From NCBI GenBank assembly GCA_011391495.1, contig JAABQK010000005.1, positions 36,070 to 100,069 on the forward strand: DNA of 64,000 bases. The letters are read 5' to 3'. The position numbers were made by a program, and so were the translations under genes. The stretch is from Hydrogenophaga sp. Its GTDB lineage: Bacteria > Pseudomonadota > Gammaproteobacteria > Burkholderiales > Burkholderiaceae_C. Positions 24,313-35,806 of the stretch are shown piece after piece. Positions within the stretch are counted from its first letter, which is position 1. Each line of letters opens with the position of its first letter. The notes beneath the pieces were generated by a model. It was not told the origin of the DNA. It made no database searches and saw only the letters and a program-made list of their open reading frames with translations.

Positions 24313-25503
24313 TCAGCGTTGCGCGGCCAGCCAGGTGCGCAGGCGATCCACGCCCTGCACCAGGCGCTGGGAATCGCGGCTGGCGAAGCACCAGCGCAGC
24401 CAGCCGGCCGCCTCCGGGCCGAAAGCACTGCCGGGCGCCAGTCCCAGGCCGGCCTCGCGCACCAGGCGCTTGGCGGTGTCCAGGCAGTCGTCGTGCCCTT
24501 CCAGGTGGAAAAAGGCGTACATGCCGCCTTTGGGTTCGGCCAGCGTCACGCCAGGCACGGACTGCAGCAGGGGCACCAGGGTGTCGCGACAGGTCCGCAG
24601 GTGGGCCACCAGTGCGGGCGTGACCTCGTCACCGCGCTGCAGCGCCACCACGGCAGCCCGCTGGGTGAACACCGGGGCGCAGGAGGTGTTGAACTCGATC
24701 AGCTTGCCCAACGCATGGGTCAGTGTGGCAGGCAGGACCAGCCAGCCCAGACGCCAGCCAGTCATGAGGAAGCTCTTGGAGAAGCTGTGTGCGACGATCA
24801 GGCGGTCTTCGGGTTCGGCCACGTCCAGAAAACTCGGGGCCGCGCCGTTGGGCGAGTCGGGCGCGTAGTACAGGCGCTCGTACACCTCGTCGGCCAGCAC
24901 CCAGGTGCCAGTGCGACGGCAATGCGCCAGGATGGTGGCCTGCTCGTCCCGGCTCAGCGTCCAGCCGGTGGGATTGTTGGGCGCATTGACGATCAGCATG
25001 CGGGTGGCTGGCGTGATAGCGGCCAGCAGCGCGTCCATGTCCAGCACCCAGGCTCCGGCGTTCTGGCCCTGCGCCATCACCGTGAGTGGCACGGTCTTCA
25101 CCTTCGCCGCCATGATCTGCGGCTGCGCCACGAGGTTGGGCCAGGCCGGGGTGACCACCACCACCTCGTCGCCCGCGTCCACCAGCGCCTGCGACGCCAG
25201 CATCAGCCCGTTGACCCCGCCGGAGGTGACGGCGATGCGGTCGAACCAGTGGTCGGTGCTGTGCCGGGGATGCAGGCCGTGGGTGTAGACGGCGATCGCC
25301 TGACGCAACTCGGTCAGGCCGAGGTTGTGGGCGTAAAAGGTGTCGCCCGCCTGCAGCGAGGCAATCGCCGCCTCGCGGATGAAGGCCGGCGTGACCTCGT
25401 CGCTCTCGCCGAACCAGAACTTGAGCACGCCTTCGCGGCCCAGGCCCTCGTTGGCCACTTCGCGAATGCGCGATTCTTCCAGTCGTTCAACCACTGCCCG
25501 CAT
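24313..25503 (-). CDS. PLP-dependent class I/II aminotransferase
   Basis: NAPNNPTG, DEVY, SFSKSFLMTGWRLG. Confidence 0.92.
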   Translation of the reverse strand: MRAVVERLEESRIREVANEGLGREGVLKFWFGESDEVTPAFIREAAIASLQAGDTFYAHNLGLTELRQAIAVYTHGLHPRHSTDHWFDRIAVTSGGVNGLMLASQALVDAGDEVVVVTPAWPNLVAQPQIMAAKVKTVPLTVMAQGQNAGAWVLDMDALLAAITPATRMLIVNAPNNPTGWTLSRDEQATILAHCRRTGTWVLADEVYERLYYAPDSPNGAAPSFLDVAEPEDRLIVAHSFSKSFLMTGWRLGWLVLPATLTHALGKLIEFNTSCAPVFTQRAAVVALQRGDEVTPALVAHLRTCRDTLVPLLQSVPGVTLAEPKGGMYAFFHLEGHDDCLDTAKRLVREAGLGLAPGSAFGPEAAGWLRWCFASRDSQRLVQGVDRLRTWLAAQR

Positions 25504-25529
25504 GAATGCTCCCGAATGACGGCCCTCGA

Positions 25530-26831
25530 TCAGGGCCGGACCATGTTACAGGTGTGGGCCTGCTCCGCCTGCTGTGGACTCAGGCTGCGGATGACGCGAA
25601 AGCCGTAGCCGGAGCCTTCCACGTCGAACTTCACGCCCGGCGCGCCCTGGCGCTCCATCACCGCCACCGCCAGCGGCTGCTGGAACTGGTGGTCGGCGGC
25701 GCGCATGCGTGCCGTCTGGCCGGCCAGTTGGACATCGGCCTTTTCCAGCTGGGCCGCAACCAGCGCAGCCTGCACCGTGCCCGCGCGCTCGATCGCCTGC
25801 GCAAGCGACTCGATCATGAGTTGCATGCGCATGTGCACGTAGTCGTCGGCAGGGTTGGGAAAACGCTGGCGGAACGACTGGTAGAAAGCTTCGGACTCCC
25901 GCGTCGGGACGTTGGGAAACCAGTCGGCCACGGCTATCACCTTGCCGATGCCGGCCTCGCCGATCGCCGCCGGCGCACCCAGGGCGTTGCCGTAGAAGGT
26001 GTAGAAAGCGCCGTCAAAGCCGACCTCGCGCGCTGCCTTGACCAGCAGCGTCAGGTCGTTGCCCCAGTTGCCGGTCAGCACCGCCTGTGCGCCGCTGGCC
26101 TTGATCTTGGCAGCATAGGGCAGAAAATCCTTGACGCGGGCCATGGGGTGCAGCTCGTCGCCCACGATCTTCACATCGGGCCGCTGGGCAGCGAGCTGAC
26201 GGCGCGCCTCGCCGAGCACCGCCTGGCCAAAGCTGTAGTCCTGGCCGATCAGGTAAACGCTCTTGAGCGCACGGTCCTCACGCAGCACGCTCATGAGGGC
26301 GGTCATGCGCATGTCGGCGTGGGCGTCGAAGCGGAAATGCCAGAAACTGCACTTTTCATTGGTGAGAACCGGGTCCACCGCCGAGTAGTTGAGGAACAGC
26401 ACCTGGCGCGCCGGGTCACGCTCGTTGTGTTTGTTGATGGCGTCGATCAAGCCGGACGCCGCAGCGGACGAGTTGCCCTGCGTCACCACCGTGATGCCGC
26501 GGTCCACCGCCGAGCGCAGCGAGGAGAGCGCCTCTTCGGTCTGGCCCTTGCTGTCAAAACGCTCGATCAGCAGCGGGCGGTTGCCCCCTTGCGAGGCTGG
26601 CAGCTTCACGCCGCCGCGGGCATTGACGCGCTCGGTGGCCCACACGAGGTTGCGGTAGACCGCCTCGCCGGTGTTGGCGAACGGGCCTGACAGGCCTTCG
26701 ATCATGCCGATGCGGATCGGTGCGGCGGCGGGCGCGCTCTGGGCCCAGGCGGTGGTCGCACCGGCGGCGCCGAACAACAGGGCCGCCATGGCCTTCAGGG
26801 CGCCGCGGCGCAGGGAATGGGTGGGCTTCAT
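25530..26831 (-). CDS. Orphan branched-chain amino-acid-type ABC substrate-binding protein
   Basis: Signal peptide with RR; IEGLSGPFA, QDYSFG, GNWGNDL; no permease adjacent. Confidence 0.85.
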   Translation of the reverse strand: MKPTHSLRRGALKAMAALLFGAAGATTAWAQSAPAAAPIRIGMIEGLSGPFANTGEAVYRNLVWATERVNARGGVKLPASQGGNRPLLIERFDSKGQTEEALSSLRSAVDRGITVVTQGNSSAAASGLIDAINKHNERDPARQVLFLNYSAVDPVLTNEKCSFWHFRFDAHADMRMTALMSVLREDRALKSVYLIGQDYSFGQAVLGEARRQLAAQRPDVKIVGDELHPMARVKDFLPYAAKIKASGAQAVLTGNWGNDLTLLVKAAREVGFDGAFYTFYGNALGAPAAIGEAGIGKVIAVADWFPNVPTRESEAFYQSFRQRFPNPADDYVHMRMQLMIESLAQAIERAGTVQAALVAAQLEKADVQLAGQTARMRAADHQFQQPLAVAVMERQGAPGVKFDVEGSGYGFRVIRSLSPQQAEQAHTCNMVRP

Positions 26832-26963
26832 GAAAAAAAGTGCTCCGTGGTTCAGGGCCCGTCGGTCCCATGGCAACGACCATCGCGTCGCGGCCATGGG
26901 TCCCTCAGGCATCGGGGTTGCGCAGTGTAATTCGCCATTTCAAATGGCTTCCCATGGGGACAT

Positions 26964-28070
26964 TCAACCGGGCAGCGCCCCTTGCCGGACGCCCAGTTCG
27001 GACAGCGGCCAGCGGGGCCGCACGTCGAACGGGTAGACAGGCGCAGCACCCGCGGCGGGCAGCAGTCCTGCCTGGAACCGCAGACCGGCGGCGAGCGCGA
27101 TCATGGCGCCGTTGTCGGTGCACAGATGCAGCTCGGGGTAATGCACCCGCACGCGACGCTGCTCACAGGCGGCGTTGAGCTGCTGGCGCAGCAGCGCGTT
27201 GGCCCCTACCCCGCCGGCCACCACTAGGCGCTTGAGCCCGGTGGATTCGATGGCGGCGAGCGATTTCTTCACCAGCACCTCGACGATGGCAGCCTGCACG
27301 CTGGCGGCCACGTCGGCGATCTGGGTGCCATCGAGTGCCTGTGCCAGCTGCGGCGTGGCCGGGCCTTCGGGCCGGGCGTGGGCCAGGCGCTTCACCTGGG
27401 TCAGCACGGCGGTCTTGAGTCCGGCAAAGGAAAAATCGAGGTCGCCGCTGTGCAGCAGCGGGCGCGGGAATTTGTAGGCGGTGGCGCTGCCCTGCTCCGC
27501 CCGCTTCGCCAGCGCCGGGCCACCGGGATACCCCAGCCCGAGCAGCTTGGCGGACTTGTCAAAGGCCTCACCGGCCGCGTCGTCGATCGTTTCGCCCAGC
27601 AGCTCGTAGCGGCCCACGCCGTCCACCCGCATCAGCTGGGTGTGGCCGCCGGAGACCAGCAGCGCCACAAACGGGAACTCGGGGGGATCGGCGCTCAGGA
27701 ACGGCGAGAGCAGATGCCCTTCCAGGTGGTGCACCGGCACCACCGGCTTGCCCAGCGCCAGGGCCATGGCACACGCCACCCCGGAGCCGACCAGCAGCGC
27801 ACCGGCGAGGCCGGGGCCGCGGGTATAGGCGATGGCGTCCACGGCGGAGAGCGGCAGGCCCGCCTGCGCCAGCACGGCGTCGGTCAGCGGCAGCACGCGG
27901 CGGATGTGGTCGCGGCTCGCCAGCTCGGGCACCACGCCACCGTAGGCCTGGTGCATCTCGATCTGGCTGTGCAAGGCGTGACCGAGCAGCCGCGGCACAG
28001 CGCCGCCGCTGGCGTCCACGAGGGCCACGCCGGTTTCATCACAAGACGATTCGAATCCCAAAATCAGCAT
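26964..28070 (-). CDS. tsaD: tRNA threonylcarbamoyltransferase TsaD
   Basis: [26 protein letters not shown]. Confidence 0.97.
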   Translation of the reverse strand: MLILGFESSCDETGVALVDASGGAVPRLLGHALHSQIEMHQAYGGVVPELASRDHIRRVLPLTDAVLAQAGLPLSAVDAIAYTRGPGLAGALLVGSGVACAMALALGKPVVPVHHLEGHLLSPFLSADPPEFPFVALLVSGGHTQLMRVDGVGRYELLGETIDDAAGEAFDKSAKLLGLGYPGGPALAKRAEQGSATAYKFPRPLLHSGDLDFSFAGLKTAVLTQVKRLAHARPEGPATPQLAQALDGTQIADVAASVQAAIVEVLVKKSLAAIESTGLKRLVVAGGVGANALLRQQLNAACEQRRVRVHYPELHLCTDNGAMIALAAGLRFQAGLLPAAGAAPVYPFDVRPRWPLSELGVRQGALPG

Positions 28071-28142
28071 GGCGGGGAGTGTACGGGGGCGCAACGAACT
28101 CCGAGGAAGGGGCCAGTCCCGCATCCGGCGCGCGTGTCTTCA

Positions 28143-28219
28143 CCGAGGATGCGGCGGAACTGGCTTTGCCAAGCCGCTCCCATCGCCCCTCGGGGGGTGA
28201 CGCGCAGCGGCGCGGGGGG
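28143..28219 (+). repeat. Hairpin repeat family copy 2
   Basis: CCGAGGATGCGGCGGAACTGGCTTTGCCAAGCCGCTCCCATCGCCCCTCGGGGGGTGACGCGCAGCGGCGCGGGGGG. Confidence 0.9.
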
Positions 28220-28238
28220 TGCTTACTTCGCGCGGGGG

Positions 28239-28946
28239 CTAACCCAAGGGGTAGCGCGTGAGCCGCTGGGGATCGGGAATGTGGATGTCGCGCTTGTCGA
28301 TCACGATCAGGCCCTTGGCCTCCAGCTCGTGCAGCACACGCGAAAAGTATTCGGGGGTCATCGACAGGCGCGAGGCGATGGCCGCTTTGCTCACCGGCAG
28401 CGTCACGCGTTGCGCGAGCTCTTCCTCGGAACCGCCTTTGCTGCCATCGGGCAGGTCGCGCATGAGGTAGCCGATGACCCGCTCCACGCCACTGTGCAGC
28501 GCATACGCCTGCACGTCGTTGACCAGCCCGTGCAGGCGCCTTGACAGACCCGCAAGCATGCGCATGCAGAAACGCGGGTCGTGTTCGATTTCCCGCATCA
28601 CACTCTGCTTGGACACGCTGAGCAGGAGCGTTTCGGTGAGCGCCTGCGCGTTGATGAAATAGGGCTTGTCGGTGAACATCAGCGCCTCGGCAAAGCTGTT
28701 GCCAGGCCCGACGATCTCGATGATCTTTTCCTGGCCGGCCGGCGAGATGGCGAACAGCTTGATCTGGCCGGAGACGGTGACATGGAACTCGGTGCACAGT
28801 TCACCTGGGCGGAACACATCGTCACCCCGCGTCAGCCGCCGCAGGCGGCTGCCCTGCGCAAGACGCTGCAACTCGGGCGGCTTCATGTCCTGAAACAGGG
28901 GCAGCATGGAAAGGTAACGGGGCAGGTCGAACTGTGCAATGTCCAT
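28239..28946 (-). CDS. dnr: Crp/Fnr family regulator, DNR/NnrR-like
   Basis: cNMP-like domain, recognition helix TPEYFSRV (ExxSR), no FNR N-terminal Cys cluster; at the end of the nor cluster. Confidence 0.8.
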   Translation of the reverse strand: MDIAQFDLPRYLSMLPLFQDMKPPELQRLAQGSRLRRLTRGDDVFRPGELCTEFHVTVSGQIKLFAISPAGQEKIIEIVGPGNSFAEALMFTDKPYFINAQALTETLLLSVSKQSVMREIEHDPRFCMRMLAGLSRRLHGLVNDVQAYALHSGVERVIGYLMRDLPDGSKGGSEEELAQRVTLPVSKAAIASRLSMTPEYFSRVLHELEAKGLIVIDKRDIHIPDPQRLTRYPLG

Positions 28947-29033
28947 GGCCGGGGCGCGACGGGCGCGCAACGTCGAGAATGAGGGGGATCGGCCGCTTGG
29001 CCCACTCCGCAATGTACCCGCTTGCAGCGGCGC

Positions 29034-30869
29034 TCAGCAGGCCGACTGGCGCATGAAGCCGGTGTAGACACGGGTCAGCCGGTCCACCAGATCCTGCGGC
29101 CGGTGCACGAGCGCGTAGCCCTGCTGCCCGAACAGCATGGGCAAATAGTCGTGGGCCGATTCGTCGATGGTGATGCAGAAAGGAATGAGTCCGGCCTGGC
29201 GCGCGGCCTGCACCGCGTGGCGCGTGTCTTCCAGGCCGTAGCGGCCCTCGTACACGTCCAGATCATTGGGTTTGCCGTCGGTCAGGATCAGCATCAGACG
29301 CTGCCGCTCCGGGCGCTTGCCCAGGCGCAGCGTGGCCAGGCGGATCGCCGCGCCCATGCGTGTGTAGTAGCCGGGCTTGATGGCGCCCACGCGGTCGCGC
29401 ACTGCGGCGTTCCAGGGCTCGTCAAAACCCTTCAGGTGCTGGATGCGCACGTTCTGCCGCCGCACCGAAGAAAAACCCAGCATCTCGAACGGATCGCCGC
29501 TGGCGCTGAGCGCTTCACCGAACACGTAGAGCGCATCGCGGATCACGTCGATCACACGCGCGGTCTGGGTGGCGTAGGCATCGGTCGAGAGAGAGAGGTC
29601 GGCCAGCAGCAGCGTGGCCAGGCTGCGCTCGGTTCGCACGCGTCGGGTGAACACCGCCGGTGATTCGCTGTGCGGGGCACCCGCCGCATCGACGCGGTGG
29701 CGCACCCAGGCGTCGAGGTCGATCTCGTCACCTTCGGGCTGCGCGCGCTGCCGGCCGCTGCCGGCGCGCAGAACCTCGAGCCGGCGGCGCACGCGGCGGG
29801 CCGTGGTGCGCAAGGCGGTGGGCGGCACATAGGGCTCGGCCGGCGTGGCCACCAGGGTCTGCAGCGCGCAATGCTCCGGCAGCAGCGCATTGCGCCGGAA
29901 ATCCCACTCGGGCAGGCGGATGCCGGGGCCGAGCGGCCGGTCGTCGGCGGCGGCGCTGGGCAGGTCAAGGTCGAACTTCACGCGCGCGGCCGTGCTCTGG
30001 CCGTCGGGCGCGATCGCCAGCACGTCCATGTCGTTGGCCACGCCCGCGGCGTTGTCGTCGGGGTCGTCGTCGCTGGCGCGGTTGACCTTGACGAACTCGC
30101 CCCATGACAGGATGGACTCGGCGCGGAAGAACATCATCAGCGGCGCCTTGTCGCGCTCGTCGGTGACGGCCTGGGCGCGGCGCCGGCGGGCATCGCTGGC
30201 GGCGGGCTTGCGGGCTTCACCCGGGGTCTGCTCGCCGTCTGGCCGGGCAACGGCCACCGCAGGCTCGCCGCCTGCATCCAGCCAGAGCCAGACCGGTGCC
30301 ACGTCCTGCGGCTGCAGGCCGCACGCCACCGCAGGCAAGACACCCTGCAGCGCCCGCTGCACCATGCGTTCGGCCGCGGCGGCAGCACCCTTGAGGCGGG
30401 CCGGGTCGGGCCGCAGACCGAGCTGGGCCGACAGCAGACCGGCATGGCGCGCCGCCAGGCCGGGGAAGGTCCGAAGCACCTGCGCGCTCGCGCGCACGTT
30501 GTCGCCCAGCCAGTCGCCCGTGGCCTCGATGCAGGCGCCCTGCGCGGCCAGCCAGAGGTAGAGCGCGCGGTTCAGCGCGACATCATCGAACACCGCCACG
30601 GTCGGCGGCAGCGAGAGCGCCTCGGTCTCCAGCCGGCCGGTGGCCGCATGCGTGCCGCTGCCGGCGATGCGCTGCAGCCAGTCGCGCGGGCCGCCACTGC
30701 GGGTGTCGGTGGCGGGCGCCAGGCGCACGCCGTGGGCCCCGCCCGCCGCGCGAAACAGCATGCCGATGGCGCGCTGCACCTCCGGCAGTTGCACGGCGGC
30801 GTGTGCATGCTGGCGGCTCGCAGCGCGGTGGATGAAACGGTGCCATTGCTGGCCAACCCACTCTTCCAT
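29034..30869 (-). CDS. norD: Nitric oxide reductase activation protein NorD (VWA domain)
   Basis: MEEWVG start, DLSLST MIDAS-like motif, YYTRMGAAIR, LTDGKPND. Confidence 0.93.
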   Translation of the reverse strand: MEEWVGQQWHRFIHRAASRQHAHAAVQLPEVQRAIGMLFRAAGGAHGVRLAPATDTRSGGPRDWLQRIAGSGTHAATGRLETEALSLPPTVAVFDDVALNRALYLWLAAQGACIEATGDWLGDNVRASAQVLRTFPGLAARHAGLLSAQLGLRPDPARLKGAAAAAERMVQRALQGVLPAVACGLQPQDVAPVWLWLDAGGEPAVAVARPDGEQTPGEARKPAASDARRRRAQAVTDERDKAPLMMFFRAESILSWGEFVKVNRASDDDPDDNAAGVANDMDVLAIAPDGQSTAARVKFDLDLPSAAADDRPLGPGIRLPEWDFRRNALLPEHCALQTLVATPAEPYVPPTALRTTARRVRRRLEVLRAGSGRQRAQPEGDEIDLDAWVRHRVDAAGAPHSESPAVFTRRVRTERSLATLLLADLSLSTDAYATQTARVIDVIRDALYVFGEALSASGDPFEMLGFSSVRRQNVRIQHLKGFDEPWNAAVRDRVGAIKPGYYTRMGAAIRLATLRLGKRPERQRLMLILTDGKPNDLDVYEGRYGLEDTRHAVQAARQAGLIPFCITIDESAHDYLPMLFGQQGYALVHRPQDLVDRLTRVYTGFMRQSAC

Positions 30870-30870
30870 G

Positions 30871-31926
30871 TCAGTTCTCCGGTTTTGCCACTGCCAACGC
30901 GGGACCAGCATCCGGCGCACAGCACAGAACCGGCTTTGCCGGGCTGCTGGTGTGGTCCCCCTGGACGGGGAAGGCGCGAAGCGGCGCAGAGGGGTTTTCG
31001 AGTTCCAGTTCGGCTTTGCGCTGGCGCAGGGTTTCGCGCACCGCGTCGGCGCCGACCTTCCATTCCAGCAACGGTTCACGCGCCTGCGCGGTCTGGGTCT
31101 CTTCGCAGGCGTCCAGACACTGACCGCATTGCACACAGGAAAACATCATGCGTTTGATGTTGCGCGGGTGCAGGCGCATGGGGCAGCCGTTGTCGCAGGC
31201 CGTACCACCGGGGTACACCGACGTGCTGCAGGTGCGGCAGTCGCGCGCATGTTCGCGGTCGAACGCGACCACCATGCCCTTGGGATTGGCCATCCAGGCC
31301 AGGCTCTGGAACAGGCCGACCGCGCAGCCGAAGCGGCAGAACAGGTGGCGCGCAAAAGCGAATTCGGCCGTGAACACCGCGGTGCCAATGATGAGAAAAC
31401 GGGCCTGGTTGGGCGTGAGCGTGCCGGCGAACAGGTTGCCCCAGATCGTGGCGGGCGGCAGCAGGTAGGTCAGCAGCGTGATCGCCCACGCAAACCCGAA
31501 CACCAGGCACAGCGCCCCGAACACCGGCCACCAGCGGGCCGAGGGTTCCACATCGGCACGGACGGTGCGGTGCCTGTCCCACACGCTGAGCTTGCCGCAG
31601 GCGCGGTGCAGCGCGGTGTTGAGCGTTTCAACCAGGGTGAAGTGAGGGCACAGCCAGCCGCAATACAGGCGGCCATAGCGCCAGGCCACGCCCAGAAAAG
31701 CCACGACGACCACGATGCCGGGCAGGATGGCGCGCAGGAAAATCTGGATCGCCGCTTCGTTGGCGGTGATTTCGCCGGCCTTGAAGGCGTCGATGCCCAA
31801 CGACCAGCGTTGACCCAGAAACCAGAGCTGGGCTTCGTTGAGGTCGAAGCGCAGCAGGTTCAGCGCGGGCGCCAGCAGGAACAGCGCGAAGAAGCCGATT
31901 TGAAAGAAAAGGCGGCGGCGTTGCAT
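30871..31926 (-). CDS. Membrane 4Fe-4S ferredoxin-type protein (CcoG/FixG-like) with repeat-derived C-terminus
   Basis: TM helices; CGWLCP, CRFGC, CRTC...CDNGCP, CVQCGQCLDAC. Confidence 0.85.
   Translation of the reverse strand: MQRRRLFFQIGFFALFLLAPALNLLRFDLNEAQLWFLGQRWSLGIDAFKAGEITANEAAIQIFLRAILPGIVVVVAFLGVAWRYGRLYCGWLCPHFTLVETLNTALHRACGKLSVWDRHRTVRADVEPSARWWPVFGALCLVFGFAWAITLLTYLLPPATIWGNLFAGTLTPNQARFLIIGTAVFTAEFAFARHLFCRFGCAVGLFQSLAWMANPKGMVVAFDREHARDCRTCSTSVYPGGTACDNGCPMRLHPRNIKRMMFSCVQCGQCLDACEETQTAQAREPLLEWKVGADAVRETLRQRKAELELENPSAPLRAFPVQGDHTSSPAKPVLCCAPDAGPALAVAKPEN
30912..30994 (+). repeat. Hairpin repeat family copy 3, translated inside the ferredoxin gene
   Basis: GAACCGGCTTTGCCGGGC...CCCCCTGGACGGGGAAGGCGCGAAGCGGCGCAGAGGGG; encodes PSAPLRAFPVQGDHTSSPAKPVLCCAP. 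Confidence 0.85.
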
Positions 31927-31979
31927 GGTGTGACAAACAGAGGAGGGAGCGCAGCGCCGCCGCCGCAAAACAGGAACGG

Positions 31980-32792
31980 TCAGCCGGTCGAACCGATGAC
32001 AGCAGACACCACTTCGTCCAGGGCGGCTGCGGTTTCGGCGTCGTCGGTCAGCGCGTCCACGATGGCCGCGCGGCAGGCGGTGTGCAGCGGCAGGCCGCTG
32101 GCCACCAGGCGCGCGGCCATCACCAGCAGGCGCGTGCTCGCGGTTTCTTCGAGATCGTGGTCGGTCAGGCGCCGCAGGGCCATGGCGAGTTGCACCAGGC
32201 GATCGGCCACCACGGCACCGACGCCGGTCTCGGCTTCGATGATGGCGCGCTCCACCACCGGCCCGGGGTAGCCGAAGGTCAGCGCGATGAAGCGCTGGCG
32301 CGTGCTGGGCTTCAGGCTTTTCAGCAGATTCTGGTAGCCCGGGTTGTAGCTGATGACCAGCATGAAGCCGGGTGGTGCCACCAGCTGTTCGCCAGTGCGT
32401 TCGATGGGCAGCACGCGCCGGTCGTCGGCCAGCGGGTGCAGCACCACGGTGGTGTCCTTGCGGGCTTCCACCACCTCGTCGAGGTAGCAGATGGCGCCGC
32501 TGCGCACCGCGCGGGCCAGCGGCCCGTCCTGCCACACCGTGCCGCCGGCGCCGATGAGGTGGCGACCCACGAGGTCGGCGGCGCTCAGGTCGTCGTGGCA
32601 GCTCACGGTGATGAGCGGCCGGCCCAGGCGGGCCGCCATGTGCTCCACGAAGCGCGTCTTGCCGCAGCCCGTGGGGCCCTTGATCAGCACCGGCAGACGC
32701 TGGCGGAAGGCGTGCTCGAAGAGCGTCGCCTCACCCGCCTGCTCGGCGTAGTACGGTACCTGCATCAGATGCTGCTGTTCACTGTGGTCCAT
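31980..32792 (-). CDS. norQ: MoxR AAA+ ATPase NorQ/NirQ
   Basis: GPTGCGKTRF, YLDEVVEAR, SYNPGYQ, KPSTRQRF. Confidence 0.95.
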   Translation of the reverse strand: MDHSEQQHLMQVPYYAEQAGEATLFEHAFRQRLPVLIKGPTGCGKTRFVEHMAARLGRPLITVSCHDDLSAADLVGRHLIGAGGTVWQDGPLARAVRSGAICYLDEVVEARKDTTVVLHPLADDRRVLPIERTGEQLVAPPGFMLVISYNPGYQNLLKSLKPSTRQRFIALTFGYPGPVVERAIIEAETGVGAVVADRLVQLAMALRRLTDHDLEETASTRLLVMAARLVASGLPLHTACRAAIVDALTDDAETAAALDEVVSAVIGSTG

Positions 32793-32852
32793 GGCTGACA
32801 AGCTCGTTCCATTTGAGTGTTCTCAAAACATGCGACGCGTGCATCGGTCCAG

Positions 32853-32932
32853 CCGGGGATGCCGCCGATCTGGCTTTGCCAGTCGGCTGGCATCGCCCCC
32901 TCGAGGGGGTGACGCCAAAGGCGGCGCGGGGG
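32853..32932 (+). repeat. Hairpin repeat family copy 4
   Basis: CCGGGGATGCCGCCGATCTGGCTTTGCCAGTCGGCTGGCATCGCCCCCTCGAGGGGGTGACGCCAAAGGCGGCGCGGGGG. Confidence 0.9.
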
Positions 32933-32941
32933 TGCTTCATG

Positions 32942-34833
<1,892 letters not shown>

Positions 34834-34887
34834 GGAAGCCCTCCATCTGTTGGCGATGGAAGCATCCTCCGTTTTTCGTCGGGAATC

Positions 34888-34908
34888 GTCCTTGAACCAG
34901 TTCAAGGA
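34888..34908. promoter_or_regulatory. DNR/FNR-type box upstream of norC
   Basis: GTCCTTGAACCAGTTCAAGGA, containing TTGA-N6-TCAA at 34892-34905. Confidence 0.85.
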
Positions 34909-34943
34909 ACGGGCACAACGCCGGCGCCCCGCTCCAAACGGCG

Positions 34944-35219
34944 TCAGGCGCGCGGCAGCAGGCTGACCAGCAGGATCAACCCGATCACCAGCGCCAGCCA
35001 ACCCAGCACCGCACGCCGCCAGAGTGCGGGCGCGGTTTGCAGCTCCATGTAGTCCAGTGCGATCAGCGCACCCTTGACGGCTGAGAGTGCCAGCACGGCG
35101 AGGGTGGCCACGGTACCCAGATGCTGCCCGCCCGTGGCGGCACCTTCGCCCAGCCACCAGCTCACCGCGGTGGCCAGCACCAGCAGCCCAAAAACGGCAT
35201 CTTCCCTTGTGAAACGCAT
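34944..35219 (-). CDS. Cytochrome c oxidase subunit IV-like small membrane protein (NorF-like)
   Basis: Three TM helices, K...IALDYMEL motif; directly after the norE-like gene. Confidence 0.75.
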   Translation of the reverse strand: MRFTREDAVFGLLVLATAVSWWLGEGAATGGQHLGTVATLAVLALSAVKGALIALDYMELQTAPALWRRAVLGWLALVIGLILLVSLLPRA

Positions 35220-35230
35220 GACCTGCCCCT

Positions 35231-35806
35231 TCAACGGATGACGTAGACCAGCGGGAACAGCACCATCCACAGCAGATCCACCATGTGCCAGAACACCGCG
35301 CCCGATGCGGGACCCATGTGGTTGGCCCGGCCGTAGGCACCCGCCCTGGCCTTGCGCCAGAGCAGCGCAAACACGATGGCGCCCACCAGCACGTGCAGGT
35401 AATGGAAGCCCGTGAGCAGGGTGTAGAGCATCGTGAAGGAGTCGGTGGCCCAGTCGAAACCGGCCTGCACCTTGCCCGCGAATTCATGGGTTTTGACGAC
35501 CAGAAAGCCGATGGCACCGGCCAGTGCGACCAGCAGCCAGTTCGCGCCGGCACCGCCCCGATCCGCTTCAAAAGCCCGCACCGCGCGCACGGCCGCCCAG
35601 CTGGCTGCAACCAGCAACAGGGTGTTGAGCGCGCCGGTGTGCAGGCTCAGCGCGGCCTGGCCTTTCGCAAACACGTCCGGCTCGCGCCAGCGCGCGAACG
35701 CGAACGACACGAACAGCAAGCCGAAGGTCAGGAGCTCGGCCAGCACCAGCAGCCAGACCACGCCATCGCCGGCGAGGCGCGGCTCCCCACGCACTGAACC
35801 GGTCAA
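35231..35806 (-). CDS. norE: Cytochrome c oxidase subunit III-like protein (NorE/NirO)
   Basis: W...AELLTF, NTLLL, TGFHYLHV, FWHMVDLLW; probable TTG start overlapping the nirN stop. Confidence 0.8.
   Translation of the reverse strand: MTGSVRGEPRLAGDGVVWLLVLAELLTFGLLFVSFAFARWREPDVFAKGQAALSLHTGALNTLLLVAASWAAVRAVRAFEADRGGAGANWLLVALAGAIGFLVVKTHEFAGKVQAGFDWATDSFTMLYTLLTGFHYLHVLVGAIVFALLWRKARAGAYGRANHMGPASGAVFWHMVDLLWMVLFPLVYVIR

Noticed and set aside
4395-25608. Long plus-strand ORFs opposite the nuo genes, pnp and the aminotransferase (e.g. 7202-9496, 21524-23953)
   Set aside because: Antisense shadow frames of high-GC genes with no recognisable motifs.
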